Assembly (NCBI GenBank): GCA_036172245.1
Contig: JAYWIR010000011.1
Coordinates: forward strand, 2,728,001-2,792,000
Length of the DNA stretch: 64,000 nt
Origin: Raillietiella orientalis
Taxonomy: Eukaryota
Reading direction: 5' to 3'
How positions within the stretch are numbered: the stretch's first letter is position 1; every line of letters begins with the position of its first letter. The notes under the pieces are model-generated. The model was given only the letters and a program-made list of their open reading frames with translations. It had not been told where the DNA came from and did no database searches. Position numbers and translations under genes: made by a program. Shown here piece after piece: positions 1 through 12,937 of the stretch.

Positions 1-984
1 GGAGTCGTACTGGTCGTATGCGTTCGCGAGCTCCAGATCTGTTCGACCCGCCGAAGAGGGCCTCTGGTGTGGCAAGCAAAGTCTCGGATTTCCAGTCGTC
101 CAGGCACCTCCGTCGCCCCGCGACACCCCCAGAAGGTGCCTGCCAGCCGCCTTGCTGCAAATCCGGAATCCGGAAACTCGAGGAAAGTGAAAGTGGATCG
201 AGGTGGAGCTCGTGTTGATAAACGGAACGAGGATCTTGGAAGTTTGGACGAAGCCCTCATTACGAATGCAATCTCGTCATAAATGTAGGCAGGAAATGGT
301 CGCTCGTCCTCTCGCGGGATCCTGGAAGTTTCTCTTTTTCCACGTGCGAAAAGCTCCAGGAATCCAGTAGAATCAAATCATCAGATGAATATTTAAATCT
401 ACACAACTCTATTCGGTCCGAGGGAGAGCGGAAGGATCTTCGAAGAGGGAGAGGGAGGAAGGGAGGGAGAGACGACGGAAAGCTGCTTCCTCGTCCACTG
501 GAAACCTTCAACAGGAAGAAGTGGAAGAAGAAGAGTCGAGACCTCTGGTTTCTGCTTCATCTTCAGAGCATCCCTCATACAAGATTGATAGGAATTTTTT
601 TCCCCTTTCTTCCAGACAATTTCGCAGTTGGAAATGGGAGCTCTCCGACGAAGAGGAGTTCTTTCCCTTCCTGGAAGGAGGCAGCTGTGACGTCGTCGCA
701 GAACTGCGAGTGAAACGAACGGTGGAATCCATTACGACGTGCTGTGTGAAACCGAGGCGAGGCAGGTGTGGACGAGCTAACGCTTTTTTCTTTTTTCTGT
801 TTTTTCCAATGGTTTCCCACCCCTACCCCCTTCTGCTCTTAAAGACAACCAAGGAATGAAAAGATGAGCTGTGATGACATCATAAGTATCCAGTTTAGGT
901 TAGCTGGCTTCACGGATGCGCAAGACGTTTGTCCTTGGTTCGCCAAGGATGAAGAACCGCTCGGAAGGAGATAAGAGCACATGA

Positions 985-1630
985 AGCTCTTTAGCACCGT
1001 CCACGCCACCAGGCGCTACTCTTCAAGTCAGGGAGCCATCCCGGGGGGACCACCTGATGAATCCAGCAAGAGCTCCGGAGGAAAAACTCCGTGCCTTCCA
1101 CGCTTGTTAGGGGAACCCTAAATTCAACCTCTTCCTTGTTCTCTCCGGAGAGACCCCCCGGTTTGTGGGGGCCACTCCTGGAATTTTTTCTTCGGAGGAA
1201 ACCCGGAAAGAATCCGCTCCTCGTTTTCTCCTCCTCTGAAGAACTTCGAAGGGCCGCTTCCCGATTTTTCTGGAGGGCGCTGTCCAAAGGGAGCAGCGTG
1301 CTTCTTGGACACTCTGGAGAGGCAACGACCAGCTCCATGGGACGCGATGGATGATCTCCATCTTCAGATCCGGAGAAGGTGAAAGCCCCGAAGAGAACCG
1401 GCTCCTTGGTTCGTGGAAGAACCCCGGAGCCAGTCAACGGGGGCATTCGGCTTCCACCGGTGCCGCACCCAAAGCGTATAAGGTCAACCAGCGTCATCCT
1501 GCAGGGAGAGGGACAAGAAACCCACGGAGCACCCCCGTTCTCGGGGCGTCGATTCTTCCCCGGGCGGGATTCGGACCCGCGAGCACTCGTTGCCACGCAC
1601 AAAGACAGCAGCCGCACGGCCGCCCACGGG
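985..1630 (-). mobile_element. tRNA-derived SINE-like element, copy 1
   Basis: Shares body motifs with the other copies (ctcttcaagtcag, cgcttccc..tttctggagggcgc, cgatggatg, gtcaacgggggcat). A degenerate B box (ggattcggaccc on +) lies near 1568. Confidence 0.75.
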
Positions 1631-4600
1631 TGAGAGCGCGCGAGAACGCTTGAAAAGGCACGGGGAAGATGGCGGTCCTCCTTTAGAGACGCCAGGAGGA
1701 CTTCAGAATGAAGACATCGAACGAGTAACATGATTCGGTGCAGAAGTTGATCACCATCGTTACGGGACAGATCAAACGTTTCAGTGGACCGTTCCGTATC
1801 AGCATTTTCTCTCCTCCCGGGTCGGGACGTTGCTTCCGAAAAGCCCTTACTGCGTCGTAGTTCCCTCTGCCGAACGAGGAAGGGGAGGAGGAGGATCGAG
1901 ATGCAATCCCTTATTGAAACGGGAGATGGTATGGGAGAAAATGGAAGAGAGGGAAGGGTCCGCTGCTCCTCGGAGCGCCTCCTCCGTTCAATACCACCCG
2001 GGAGTTGTTCCGGTTTCCCCCTGTTTTTGAAACGTGACGTCCAACGGAAACCGATGATGCCGCAACCGATTCGGTCTCCTCCCGGCCCGACGCGTGCCAC
2101 TTCGGGGAAATCTCCATGGCCCCCGTCGTCCTCCTACTCTTTCTGTTCCTTTCCTGTTCCTCCGAAAACAGAAAGATAAATTCTGTTCAAATTCATCTCC
2201 CTTCCTCTCCCTGCTTTCCGAATAAGCACTTCGGGATGCGTTTATCTCGGAGCTGCGACATGCTGAATCATGCCGTTCCGAGGACCAGGAAGTCGAGAGC
2301 GTAGCCCGGGAGATCCCGCGCGCAGGAAGCGAAAAAAAAAGAAAAAGTCTCGAGCTGATACCACCGGATCCAAATCCGTACCTCTTCATCAGGTGCTCCG
2401 GGATGCTGGCACGATTTTCTCGCATGAGATGAAAAGAATGGAGCAACTTCGTGCACTCTCTCTCCCCTTTCCCGCTACGGTCCAGGAAATCATCGTTACG
2501 CTCGTTACACAGGGACACGCCATCATTTACTCTCCTGCGTCCCGCGCTCCGGAGGCTGTTTATCTGGATCACTCTTGCAGCTCCGGGGAGACGCGGATCT
2601 GGGAGCTCGGCCGGCTCCAGCCATGCAGACGACGATCCCCCCCTCTCGGCATCTCTCCTCGGGAGCGTCGGTCGGTCATCAAATGACCATCTCCCGAGAT
2701 TGCACGGGACCGGGAGACCTCCATCGATCGGGCGCCAGCACCCCCCAGGGAAACTCGAGACGAAGGAGTGCGGTAAGACCTGCGCTCGGATGGAGTCGAT
2801 TGTCGGTTTCGTTCGGCTGCTGGGATGCTTGGCAACCGTTCGCCGGCCAAGGAGGAGAGCCGATCTCCTACGAGGGGCGGACGAGTTCCAGGAGGATGGA
2901 CCAGCCTCCAGTGGCTGGGAGCGTAGAGAGATCCAGCTGTCTCCCATCCATGAGCCACTCCCATCCCCCGGCGGGAACTTGAGCGGAAGACGATGACCTG
3001 CGTCCGGAGAAGACGTCCTTGTCGTCCCTGTAATGACTCCTGGCGTTCAGGTGGCGCCCGGATCAGCGAAGGCTGCAAGTCTCGGGCAATCTCGGGGAGA
3101 AGGTCATTCGATGACCAGTCGCATCGCCTCCCGCTCAACTCTGTTTCGCATGCGCTTTTTCCCGGGGGGATGTCGCCGCCGCACGACCCTTTGGGTTCTC
3201 CGCCTGCCTGCAGCCGTCCGACGATGATGCCGACCATGGGCGCGCCACCGCATGCTTCTTCGTCCGGCCCTCCACTATAGTGGTTGGCGCCTTCCTGCAG
3301 TGACGCACGCTGCAGCATTCCATCTCCTTCTCGATACACGCGCACCGTCCACCACCCGGGAACTACCAGGTTCTCTGGGACGCGAGGTCTCAGCAGCCTG
3401 CAGCTACTCCCGCCCCGTGATCCCTGCACTCCGCGGGAGCTTTCCCGTCCTTTCCTACGCAATCGCAGCGGGGTCGCGAGCCCCTTCCCTTCTGACCAGG
3501 AAGAACGGCTCTGGGTTTGTCGCATCCGCCACGCGAAGGGATCTTTCGAGTCCTCCTCGGCAGGAGCACTTCCGCCATCGCCACCGCTGCGTTTCTTCCT
3601 CTTCGGCTGAAAGCGCCGAAGAACAGCCTGGCTTCTCTCTCCCTGGTCAGCGGGTGAGATGCTGACCGGCCAGCCACTCGCGTTCCTCCCTTCCGTTGCC
3701 TTGGTAACGGACTGTGGGAAACACTGCAAGGGTTCAATTCCGTGCTTTGTCCCTCCCCCACTCCCCCTCCCCCAGAGGGGAGAGGGGGGGTGAAATAAAA
3801 ATAAAATAGGGGTGAACGAGGCATGATTGAAGATGAATCATTATCAATTCGGATCTTTTTTCTCCTCTCGATAATCGATCTTCTCAGTCCTGAGACTGTC
3901 GCTGAGGGAAAGGGGGGAAGGGAGGGGGTGAAGGGGAGGTAGTAGGAGAGTGACAGCGCCGCCCAGAGCCGGGTTTGCGAACTCGCGAAGAACATTTGCT
4001 GGCGGCTTCCTCGGAGCTCCATCAGGAAGGATGCTGCTGCCAGTCGACGAGGTTTCGAAAAACGCTCCAGCAACTCCTCCAGAAGACATATTTCACGTCG
4101 TCAGGCATTATTCCTCTTCCCTCCCCTTCCTTTTTCTGTCCTTTTCTGTGCTTGGCTGTGCTGAGTACGCTCTGAGGAGTCTCATTGCTGATTTATGGAG
4201 AAGTCCCGAAGGAAGTTTCACCGGGATGCGGATATTATGGAACGCGGGAGGGTCATGAATTATTGCGCGGGAAGGTGCTGAGGAACGCCACGCCGCGTTC
4301 CCATCAGACGGTTTTTCAAAGCTCGTGACAGAGTGACCCGAAGAGGAGGAGGAAGTTTGTGGGCGGCTACCCGCGGCAGAGGAAGGGGCCTTGGGGAGGG
4401 GCGGTGGCAGCAGCAGAACTTTGCCGACCACGGCGCGCCTCGCTGTCCGAAGATCCGAGGAGAAAGAGGGTTCGGGAATATCAAGGGCTCCCCGCCTGCC
4501 TACAGAGGAGGGCCAAACCCTCTCCCTCCGCCGGGATCCTAGCGCTAGACCCTTTCTGAAGCTCGGCGCGCCGGAATGCTGGGTCCAGGACGCATTGGTC

Positions 4601-6399
4601 GCGCCTCTGGGATTCGAACTCGTGGCCATCCGGCCTGCGGTCTTCTGCGCCGAGCCAGGCCTGCCAGCTCAGATCCAAGCGTTAACAGGTCTTCGAGGGG
4701 ATGCCTCGGCTGCATAGGTCCGTGCTTGGTTGTTGGGAGGATGTCCCGGCTGGTGCGTCCGTTAGGGCGTCAAGGAGTCGAGGACGCTCCTCGTTAACCT
4801 CGTTTGAGTTCCCGACGCGACGGGACTCCCCTTGGAGTTTTCTTCCCGAATCGGAAGGGGAGGCTACAGTCGCGTCGTCCCGCAGGAGCGTGGGTTCTCA
4901 GCGACAGAAGGCGGAGGTCAAAGGGGCTCACCGGAAGTCTGCTACGCACGAAAAGAGGGAAGAGTAGCAGGAGGAGGGTGCCAAGGTTCCCCGTTTCTTA
5001 CCTCAGACAGACTCTACTCTCCCCTCTCCCCATCCCTCTGACTCGTTTCCTCGCATCCCCGCCGCCTCTACCCCCAGGACTCGTCCCCCCTCTTCAAAAA
5101 ACCTCGAGAGCACGCTTTCCGGATCCAGGCTGCGGGGAGGGGAGAAACCGTCAAGGGTCCGCGGCTGCGCTTCCACTTCGTGCCGGGAGAGGGCAGCGCT
5201 CGTGGGAGCGAGCAGACCTGCGCGGCTTTGGGATCGACTCGCAGCTTCAGCGCGCCCTCTCACGGGAGAGGGCGATACATGGCGGAAGAAGCAGCCGCGG
5301 GAAGGAATTCCTCCTGGTTGCAGTATCCGGGAGCCATGGATCTCTCGTGAGCAATCGAGGGGTGGAGGGATGCGGAAAGGGAGGCCCTCGACCACACCTG
5401 TCTGCGGAGAAGGGCGGAAAAGGGCTGTCATCTTCATTGCGACGGCGATGGAGGGGGCAGAAGAGGGAGGTAGCAAAGTATTTTCGTTTGTCTCCTCAGC
5501 GATGGGCACAGCGAAGGAGAGAGGTCAGAGCAAGAGCGAGGGGTGTTGCCATCGGCAACCGCTCTCGCGGGATGCCAGCCACGGTAGTTCCTGCCTAAGT
5601 TACCAAAGCGGCTGCTGAACCAGAGATGGCAGAGGTGCCAGTTGAAGAGAAGAGCATTCGCGCTTCTGTTTCGCGAAAGTCCAGTGCCCCCTTTGGGCTG
5701 ATCCCAGCCCACAGCGGAGAGAATGGGCACTGCTTGAACAGAGATTCGAGAAAGGCAGAGACATGCAGAAGGATGAAGACGAAGTCTCCTAGCCCACGGA
5801 GAAGGCGCTGCTTCGTTGGGCGGAGGACCGGAGCAAAAGAAACGATTCGTCTTTGTCTTCTCTTTGTCTTTTTTGCTGTTTTTCTCTATGTGGTTGCTGC
5901 TGCATCCCTTTGGGCTGCTGCGTTTCGTGCTGCCCTTGTGGTTAGCCTGCTTGCCGGCCTGAATGCCGCGACTGCCGCTCGAGAGAGGCGTCCAAGGGAA
6001 CCTTCGACGGCTGCAGCAGAATCGCTGGTTTCTTCTTTTCCTTGGTACTTTTTTTCTGGCATGTCCTCAGGCGTTTCCCCAGAATTTCCGCGTTCTCCAG
6101 GGGATGCCTCATCGCTCGTACATGCTGCGCTCCCGGGACCTAAACCAAACGCGCTTGTTTTCGGTTCCAGGAACGCAGTTCGACCGGCGAGCGCGGTGGT
6201 ACTCTTTCCTCCCATGGACCGCGTTTACAGTGTCTCGTCCTCGAGCTTCTCACCACCATGATCGCCTGCGGTGGGTCGCCTTCTAGAACTGTGACCTTCT
6301 TCCCAGCCCAGCAGTTCCTGCGAGATGAGATGACGACCACGATGCGTTCGCTGAGCACGTGATTCGTGCTCCTGATGGTGCAGCAGCAGAAGAAGGGGG

Positions 6400-6420
6400 A
6401 AAAAAAAAAAAAAAAAAAAA
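6400..6420 (+). repeat. A21 homopolymer
   Basis: Directly visible. Confidence 0.95.
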
Positions 6421-8697
6421 CAGGAGCAGAAGCAGCACGAAAGGTCACGCATGGCTTCGGAGCGGTGATTTCATGGTCCGTTTCTTTTATTCACGGACGT
6501 GCTTCCTCCGGAGGTGAGCCCTCCAAAGTGGTTCCGTCTCCATGGCACCGTAATCATGTCGCTGCCTTGTTCTGTCTTGCGTGTAACTGTGAAGGAGGAG
6601 GAGGGAATACGCAGCAAAATTGTCGCTCCGGGACCACCCCGACGAAGAATCTCGGGAGTTGACGCTGGAAATGAGGTCCTCAGGCTTGGTTCCTTCCCGC
6701 GGGCCGGGAAGGGGCGTTCGCCCGCCTCTCCTTTGTTTCGCCTTCCTGCTGTTGGGAGGAACCCAGCTCTCTCCCCTTAGATGTGGGATCGAAAGAAGTG
6801 CATTGATACTACCCGAATGTTCGGTTCCCCGTGCCTCCGAAGGCTGAGGATCAGCCCCACGATGCCCCATTTTGGGGGACGCGTCCTTGAAAACAAAGAC
6901 GGCTGCCTTGAAACGCCGTAAGTTGCGGGGGAACCCTCCGGCTTCCGCAGTCGAGGCAGACGGAAAAATTCTCTCGTCTTGGTAGGACAGCTCCTTCCAG
7001 AAAGAGAGAATGGCTCTTCGGTGGCCTCTGACCAGCCAGTTCTGGAGCCCCCACCCGAGACGGAGGAGGCCGAGTCGCTCGATGCCGCCTGCCGATGCAA
7101 GGACACGGCAGCAGCACTGGAAAAAGCGCGACAAAGGAAATAAGTGTGTTTTTCGGTGCGACAGAGGGCACTGGTTCCAGAAAGAGCGTCGTCACGGAAA
7201 CGGAAGGAAGAGGCCACGAGAACACCTCGACGATGACGTGGGCAGTAGCGAGAGCGAGCCGCCGGGGAACCATCGGAGTCAAACCCACCGGCGAGAGGAG
7301 GCACGGCTCCCTGTCCGAGCGGGGTCATGGAAATGGAACTACCCGCCCGCCCATCCCACCGACCCCAACGGGGAGATTCTCAAGGTGTCTGCGCGCGAAG
7401 GGATGCGAAGTCTATCCTTCGGTGAGGACGTACATCTGAAGGTGGAATTCTTTCCTAAAGCGCGCGATCCTACAGGAACCGTCCCACTGCCCCACTCAGT
7501 CTGCCCCATGTTGGATCCAGACTGGGGGCTCTTGAAACAGGTGACAAAGATGCGGAGGAGGCTGCTAGTGGAGGATTTCTGACGTTGCTAACAGAAGAGG
7601 AACGGTTCCATCCCCCAGCGTGGCTTTTCCTCTCGTGGTCAGGACAGCCCTCTCTCCATCACGGGAATATCGTTGGCAAGAGACGACGACTCATCTCTGT
7701 CACGCAGGATCGCTGGTCCTCCAGGAAGGAACTGCCTCCCCGTTCGCGGGCCACTTTGCACCGGTGCGAGGCGACTGCGCGCTCACTCGGTGCCCACTTC
7801 GGCGGCGCGCCGGAACGCGCGGTGCCTGGGGCAGCGGAAACGCTCATCTGCAATGCAAGGGAAGCTCCTCCTCGAGCGTCGTTCGAAGCTGACGGGCAAA
7901 AGAAGGACAGGGCTGGGGTCAAGGCGGGAAGCGGAACTGAAGGAGTGGGTCGAGTGACCAGGTACGTCCAGGTCGAGAGGGAAAGGCAGGTGGAGACGAG
8001 TTGCATCCAGGCGTGACTCCTTCCTGTGCTCCTTCGATCCTCCCCTAATTCGGTAGGGGAGGGGGAAGGCGTGACCGCTTCAACGAGCACAGCACAGGGA
8101 AGGATGAAAAACAATCAAAAAAAGGGATAAAAAAGGAAAAAGAGAAAAAGTTCCAGAAAGTTCCGTGAGTCTCCTACATCCTTAGCCATCGGCAATTAGA
8201 AAAGAAATGCATCAGGGGCGGTTTTGATCTCGAGGAAGAACCGCGAGTCCATGTGGAGTTGGCCTTGGTGAGGAGGCTGCGGGTCCGCAAAGGCACCTCA
8301 ATTCTTCGCGGGGGGGGGAGGGGAATCCCTCTGGAGCATGGAGAAAGCGCCCTTCCGTGAACAGGAGTGCAACATCTCTCCTGTGGTCAACGAGGAGGGG
8401 GAAAGTGGAGCGAGAAGAAGCCAGAGGGATGGTTCCGCTTGATCCTCAACCCGTCTCGGGTCGTTCGCCTTCGGGCGCCGTCTGCCATCTCCCGCGAGGA
8501 GCAGAAACGGGCGGAAGCGGGGAGCGAAATCGGGAGCGCGCTCGCTGACCTCATCCCGGCGCTCTCCCGTCCTCGCAGGAACCGCTGCAGGAAGGGAGAG
8601 GTTGAAGGCGGGCGAACGGTCTTCGTTTCGGCACCACAGCACGTGCTGCTTGCCCTCTCCTCCCCCGACGAAAGGTCTCCCCGAGACGGGAACTCAC

Positions 8698-8857
8698 ACT
8701 GGACGGCCATGTATAGCGGAAGGCTTTCCGCCGATCCCTCGGGGTTGGTTGCGACGCACGTGAAGGAAGACGACGTGTTGCGGGAGACGTTCCTGAGCGT
8801 CAGCGTGGTGCTCTGTGAGGAAACTGGAGCTTTCGGGGTCGACCTCAGTAGCTTCCC
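8698..8857 (-). CDS. Side-like gene exon H (Ig4 C-half): GKLLRSTPKAPVSSQSTTLTLRNVSRNTSSSFTCVATNPEGSAESLPLYMAVQ
   Basis: Acceptor gttgtcttgcag, donor gtgagt, 160 nt, phase 0/1. Contains the LxLxxVxRxxxxxFTCxAxNxEGxxxS motif. Confidence 0.92.
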
Positions 8858-9917
8858 CTGCAAGACAACGAGAGAACTGCCAGAAGTCGCGGGGTGGGGG
8901 CGGGGGTGGGAACAAAAACCACCGCCGGAGTGTTGCCTGGGCTGCCGGCAGCAGAGCCACCTGCGTTCGGCGAGGCTCTTGGTTACGTGGAGGAACGGGG
9001 AGCCGCTCGCTATCCCACACCGAACGGGAACGCTCCTTCGCGGGCGCGCTCGCCATCTCGGGAGCAGATCCGCTGCTGCTGCTGCCCCCAACTTCGCCGG
9101 CCATAATTCGAGTCCGGCATGTGCCATCGTCGCAAAGGTGATGATCAATGAGCGCCTCGATTACCAAGGCGACCGCACCTAGGAAATTGGGTTTGCAGCC
9201 GGCGAGCCCAATTCATCAGAATGAATGGGAAGCCGGTGCACATTGTGTCAGGGACCGAGAAGGGAAGCAGGAGGGAATATCCGAAGTCCCAGACGAAATT
9301 ACTTGAATTGAGCTCTCTCCGGTTTTGTCCCGGCAGATAAGGGAGGAAGGGTTCATCCCCAAAAAGGATGGCCACTGGATGAGCGGAGGGAAGGGAGGGG
9401 GGGAGCAGAAGTGGCTTCTTCTCTCTCTCCCTCCCTTCCCCCTTTTTCTCCTTCTTTTTCCCTGCGAACGGTACAGCGACTTTCAGATGAGAGATGTAGA
9501 CGTTACTACTTCACGCTTCAGTGCTCATCACGCTTATCAAAACTGAAAAGGGAACACCCAGACCTAGTATTCCCGGAATACAGGGATGCCACGATCCGAA
9601 ATCGATAGCGCGCCTGTAATGCGATCGCGGGAGCCAAGAGTCGACCCTCTCATCGGTTCGGAGCCCACGCCTCTAGCAAGCCGCGATCGGCTACCGCTGG
9701 GTGTCCAGGATGATTCCAGGAGTCCCTCCCCTCTCTCCTCGGGAAAAGCTCTCGAGTTTCCGGTCCACTGCTTTCCTTCCCGAAGTTGCGCCGGAGCGCG
9801 GCATGCCTGAACGGAACCCGTTCTGGACCCGCGTGCTCTTCGGCCTTCGCCTGACCCGAACCCGACGCATGTCATCCACATCACAGTTGCGGGCAATCAC
9901 TTGTGCATCTGCACGAT

Positions 9918-10716
9918 GGGAAACCCTTTGGAGTTCTTCTGCTTCCGCTGCGTCTCTTCCAGCTTTTCTTCTTTTTTTTGGATTTTTTTTGTTTTTTTTG
10001 GCTTTTTGGTTCGCCAAATGCCGAGGAACCACTTGTCCCTCCCTTAGAGGATGCTCACGAAGCTCTTTGGCATGGTTCACGCCACCAGGGGGTGCGTGTA
10101 GTAACTCTTCAAGTCAGGAAGCCACTCCAGAGGGAACACCTGATGAGTCCAGCGAGGGCTCCGGAGGAAGGACTCCGTTCCTCCCACGTTCTAGAGAACT
10201 CCGAAGAGAACCTCTTCCTTGTTCTCTCTGGAGGGACCCCTGGTTCATGAGAGCTGCTCCTTGTTTTTTCTCCAAAGGGAACCCGGAAAGGATCCTCTCC
10301 TGGAATTTCTCCTTCAGAAGGACCTCCCTGAAAGGATCCGCTCCTTGTTTCCTTCTCCTCTGGAGAGAGGGGTGAAACCCAAAGGGACGCTTCCCAATTT
10401 CTCTGGAGGGAGCAGCGCGGCACTCTAGAGAGGCACCAACCAGCTCCATGGTACGTGATGGAGGGCTCAAGTTTCACAACCGGAGAGAGGCCCCGAAGGT
10501 CGACTTCCAATCCCGGGCGGTCAACGGGGGCATACGGCGTATAACAGTGCCACCGCACCAGAATAGACCAACCAGAGTCGTCCTGCGAGGAAAGAACTCG
10601 AAACCTACGGTGCATCGCCCGTTCTCGGTGAGACGACCCTCCCCCAGGCGGAATTCAGACCCGCGATGTTGGTCGCCGGCGGCGGAGACGGCAGCAGCCC
10701 CGCGGCCGCCAGCAGG
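9918..10716 (-). mobile_element. tRNA-derived SINE-like element, copy 2 (near full length)
   Basis: Contains gggacgcttcccaatttctctggaggg (identical in copy 6), gacttccaatcccgg, gtcaacgggggcat, a degenerate tRNA-like head near 10650-10716 and a T-rich tract near 9965-10010. Confidence 0.8.
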
Positions 10717-11899
10717 AGAATCACCGGAGAGCCATTTCAACCCTTCCCTTTCTTCGAGGCGCTCCCGCTCGTGAGGGGAGCTCAGAGAAAACTGATTTCT
10801 GACCTTCGCTCCCACTCCTCTCAGAATCCGCGGATTCGGGTCAGCTCGGGTCTCACCCCTCGGTTTCTTGACTTTTCCCAGCGATTCCTCGACGATTCAC
10901 TTCCGCGAATCGACGAGGGGGCGGTCCCTCTGTCGTCTGGTTCCTGTTATGCAGCCAACGCGCTAAAAAGTTCCCCACCCCACCCACCCTCTGGTTCCAA
11001 CGAACTGGAACCCTTCCGGTGCCGTCGGCTGCGTGAGACCACCGCGAGGTGCGTCGAGATGCTTGCGCGCATTCCTACTGTTCCCACTGCTAGGCCAACC
11101 CGCGATGGCGACTCGGGATCGCTCACTTCAGGGTGATGGGCTGCAAGATGGACTCTCCCTTTAGGATTGACTTCACCGGGACCACATTAGCTGCTCCCTT
11201 CCTCTGGAAGCCTCCGGGGAAGTGATAGGCACCTCTCCATCGAACCGAGGAAGACTCAGAGCGAGATAATGACGTAACGCGCCTCTCCCGGAAGTGACTC
11301 CTCCCGTCCGGAAAGCCACCCTAATTGCAAGCCTTTAATTTCCCGGTACCGTGATGATCTGCGCTAGGGATCAGAGCGGTGGACTGGTTGCCCACGACTT
11401 GCATGACCTCTGTACACGTCGGGCAAAGCAGACTCATGCAGTGCTGTGCCCGGGTGGGGATTAGGACATCGGACGGTCGGGTCCGAGCGATTCGCACCGC
11501 CCCACGGCAAGCAGATCCCAGCAGACACTCGTCGGTAGGTCGGGAGGAACGAACGCCCAGGGAAGGCGACCCGAGACCTTCCGGAAGGGTTCATCGCGAG
11601 CTTCTGCTGACCAGACGCACGGGACCCGACAAGCTGTCTGGCTCCTGCTGGGACCTCACTGAACGCGGGTCAGCTTCTCCGGTCCCTGCCTGGAATTCCC
11701 TTTCTGTCTGGAACGGAGAGGACCAGGCCCCGGTCTCAGAGACCGCCGTGGACGTTCTCGCCAACGAGAGCAGACGACAGGGGCGGTCACACGTTCTCGC
11801 GATCCCCTCCGGAGGCGTAGAGGCTCCGAGCTTGGCGCTTTGAGGGAGCCGCCCGCTGCCGCAGAGTTGATTCACTCTCCGGATCGGTTCCCGCCGGCT

Positions 11900-12650
11900 G
11901 AATAAGGAACGGAGGGAAGCCATGACCCCCAAATGAACGCGTCCAATAGAGTCATGGGAACAGAATTGCCAGTCCGGAGGAGAGGAAGATGTGTCGGTCC
12001 GTCGCGACTTGGTCCAGGACTCCAAAGAGCTCTATGACAAAGTGGCGTCTCATTCGAGGGAGCGGGGGGATGTCGTCGAGGAGCTGAGGAAAAGGAAAGC
12101 TTCCTCCTGGGTGCCTTTAGAAGGACAGGGCTGCCAGGGCCGAGAAGATTTCTACTTGGCTGGGATCGAAGGAAGATGAGGCTGTAATGGCGGTTTTCCG
12201 AGGGCGCAAGCCGCTTCGTTCTTCGAGGTCACTTTCAGATCGACGGCGTGAACCCTCGAGGAAGAGGAGCCATGTGAAAATGATTTACGAGGCCGACCGT
12301 GCAAAGATGCACGTGGTACAGGGACACGAGGTTGCCAAGCATCCGGACGAATGTGAGGGCGCTGGACGTTCGAAGGCAGTGGACCCAAAACAGCAGCCGG
12401 ATGATTCGCCTTCGACAGATAAACGAGGTGCAGATTCGTCTTCGGGGGCGCGTACGCTCGAGAGGAGGCCAAGCTCTGCGTTGGACAGAGTCGTGCGCGT
12501 AGAGTCCGTTCTTGCATGCCGTGGCCCTCACAAGATCGCTCCACCCAAGAAGCGGTGCGGTCGAACGTGAGGAAGGTGTTCGAAACGAAAAAGTCCAGGA
12601 CTCGCATCCAAGACTTGTGCGCGAAATTCCAACTACGTAAGGTCAATGAC
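11900..12650 (+). mobile_element. Decayed RTE-clade non-LTR retrotransposon ORF, C-terminal part
   Basis: Motif-like peptides appear across shifting frames, with stops, in the expected RTE order: DVVEELRKRKAS (EIxxRIxKAS), DVRRQW..SRM (RLxWxGHxxRM), GRVRSRGGQALRWTE (GxRSRGGQxxRWxD), QDRSTQEAVRSNVRKVFETKK (AQDRSxWRxxVxxGVxxFE). Weaker RT-like traces may extend up to about 11350. Confidence 0.6.
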
Positions 12651-12770
12651 CGCATGGTCATCCCCATCAAGGAAGCAACCCAAAAGTAGCGGAGGCTTGT
12701 GCTCTTCCGCCAGTCAATTCTAGAGGCCGACTCCAATCTTCACCCGATCTCCGTGCTCCAAAAAGAAAAT

Positions 12771-12937
12771 GGTTACGTTACGTAGGTAGGTGAGATTGGG
12801 TAGGTTTGGTTAAATAGGTCAAGTTAGGTTAGGTTAGGTTTGGTTAGGTATGTTGGGAAGGTTAAGTTGGATTAGATTAGGTAAGGTTAGGTTTGCTTCG
12901 GTAGGTTGGGTAGGTTAGGAAGTTGGGGTTAGGTTAG
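12771..12937 (+). repeat. Degenerate (TTAGG)n tract resembling the arthropod telomeric repeat
   Basis: About 165 bp of TTAGG, GTAGG, TTTGG and TTGGG variants. Three perfect TTAGG units at 12824-12838. Confidence 0.85.

Noticed and set aside
991..3729. Long minus-strand ORFs (369, 319 and 386 aa) as candidates for Ig5/FN3/TM exons
   Set aside because: No Ig or FN3 motifs, no TM segment and no phase-1 acceptor giving a Y/F-x-P-x-C start. One of them overlaps SINE copy 1.
10138..10180. Hammerhead ribozyme core (CTGATGAGTCC..GGAC) in the SINE body, also at 1054
   Set aside because: No GAAA follows stem II, and CTGATGA is not conserved in other copies (cctatgaatcc, ccatgagtcc).
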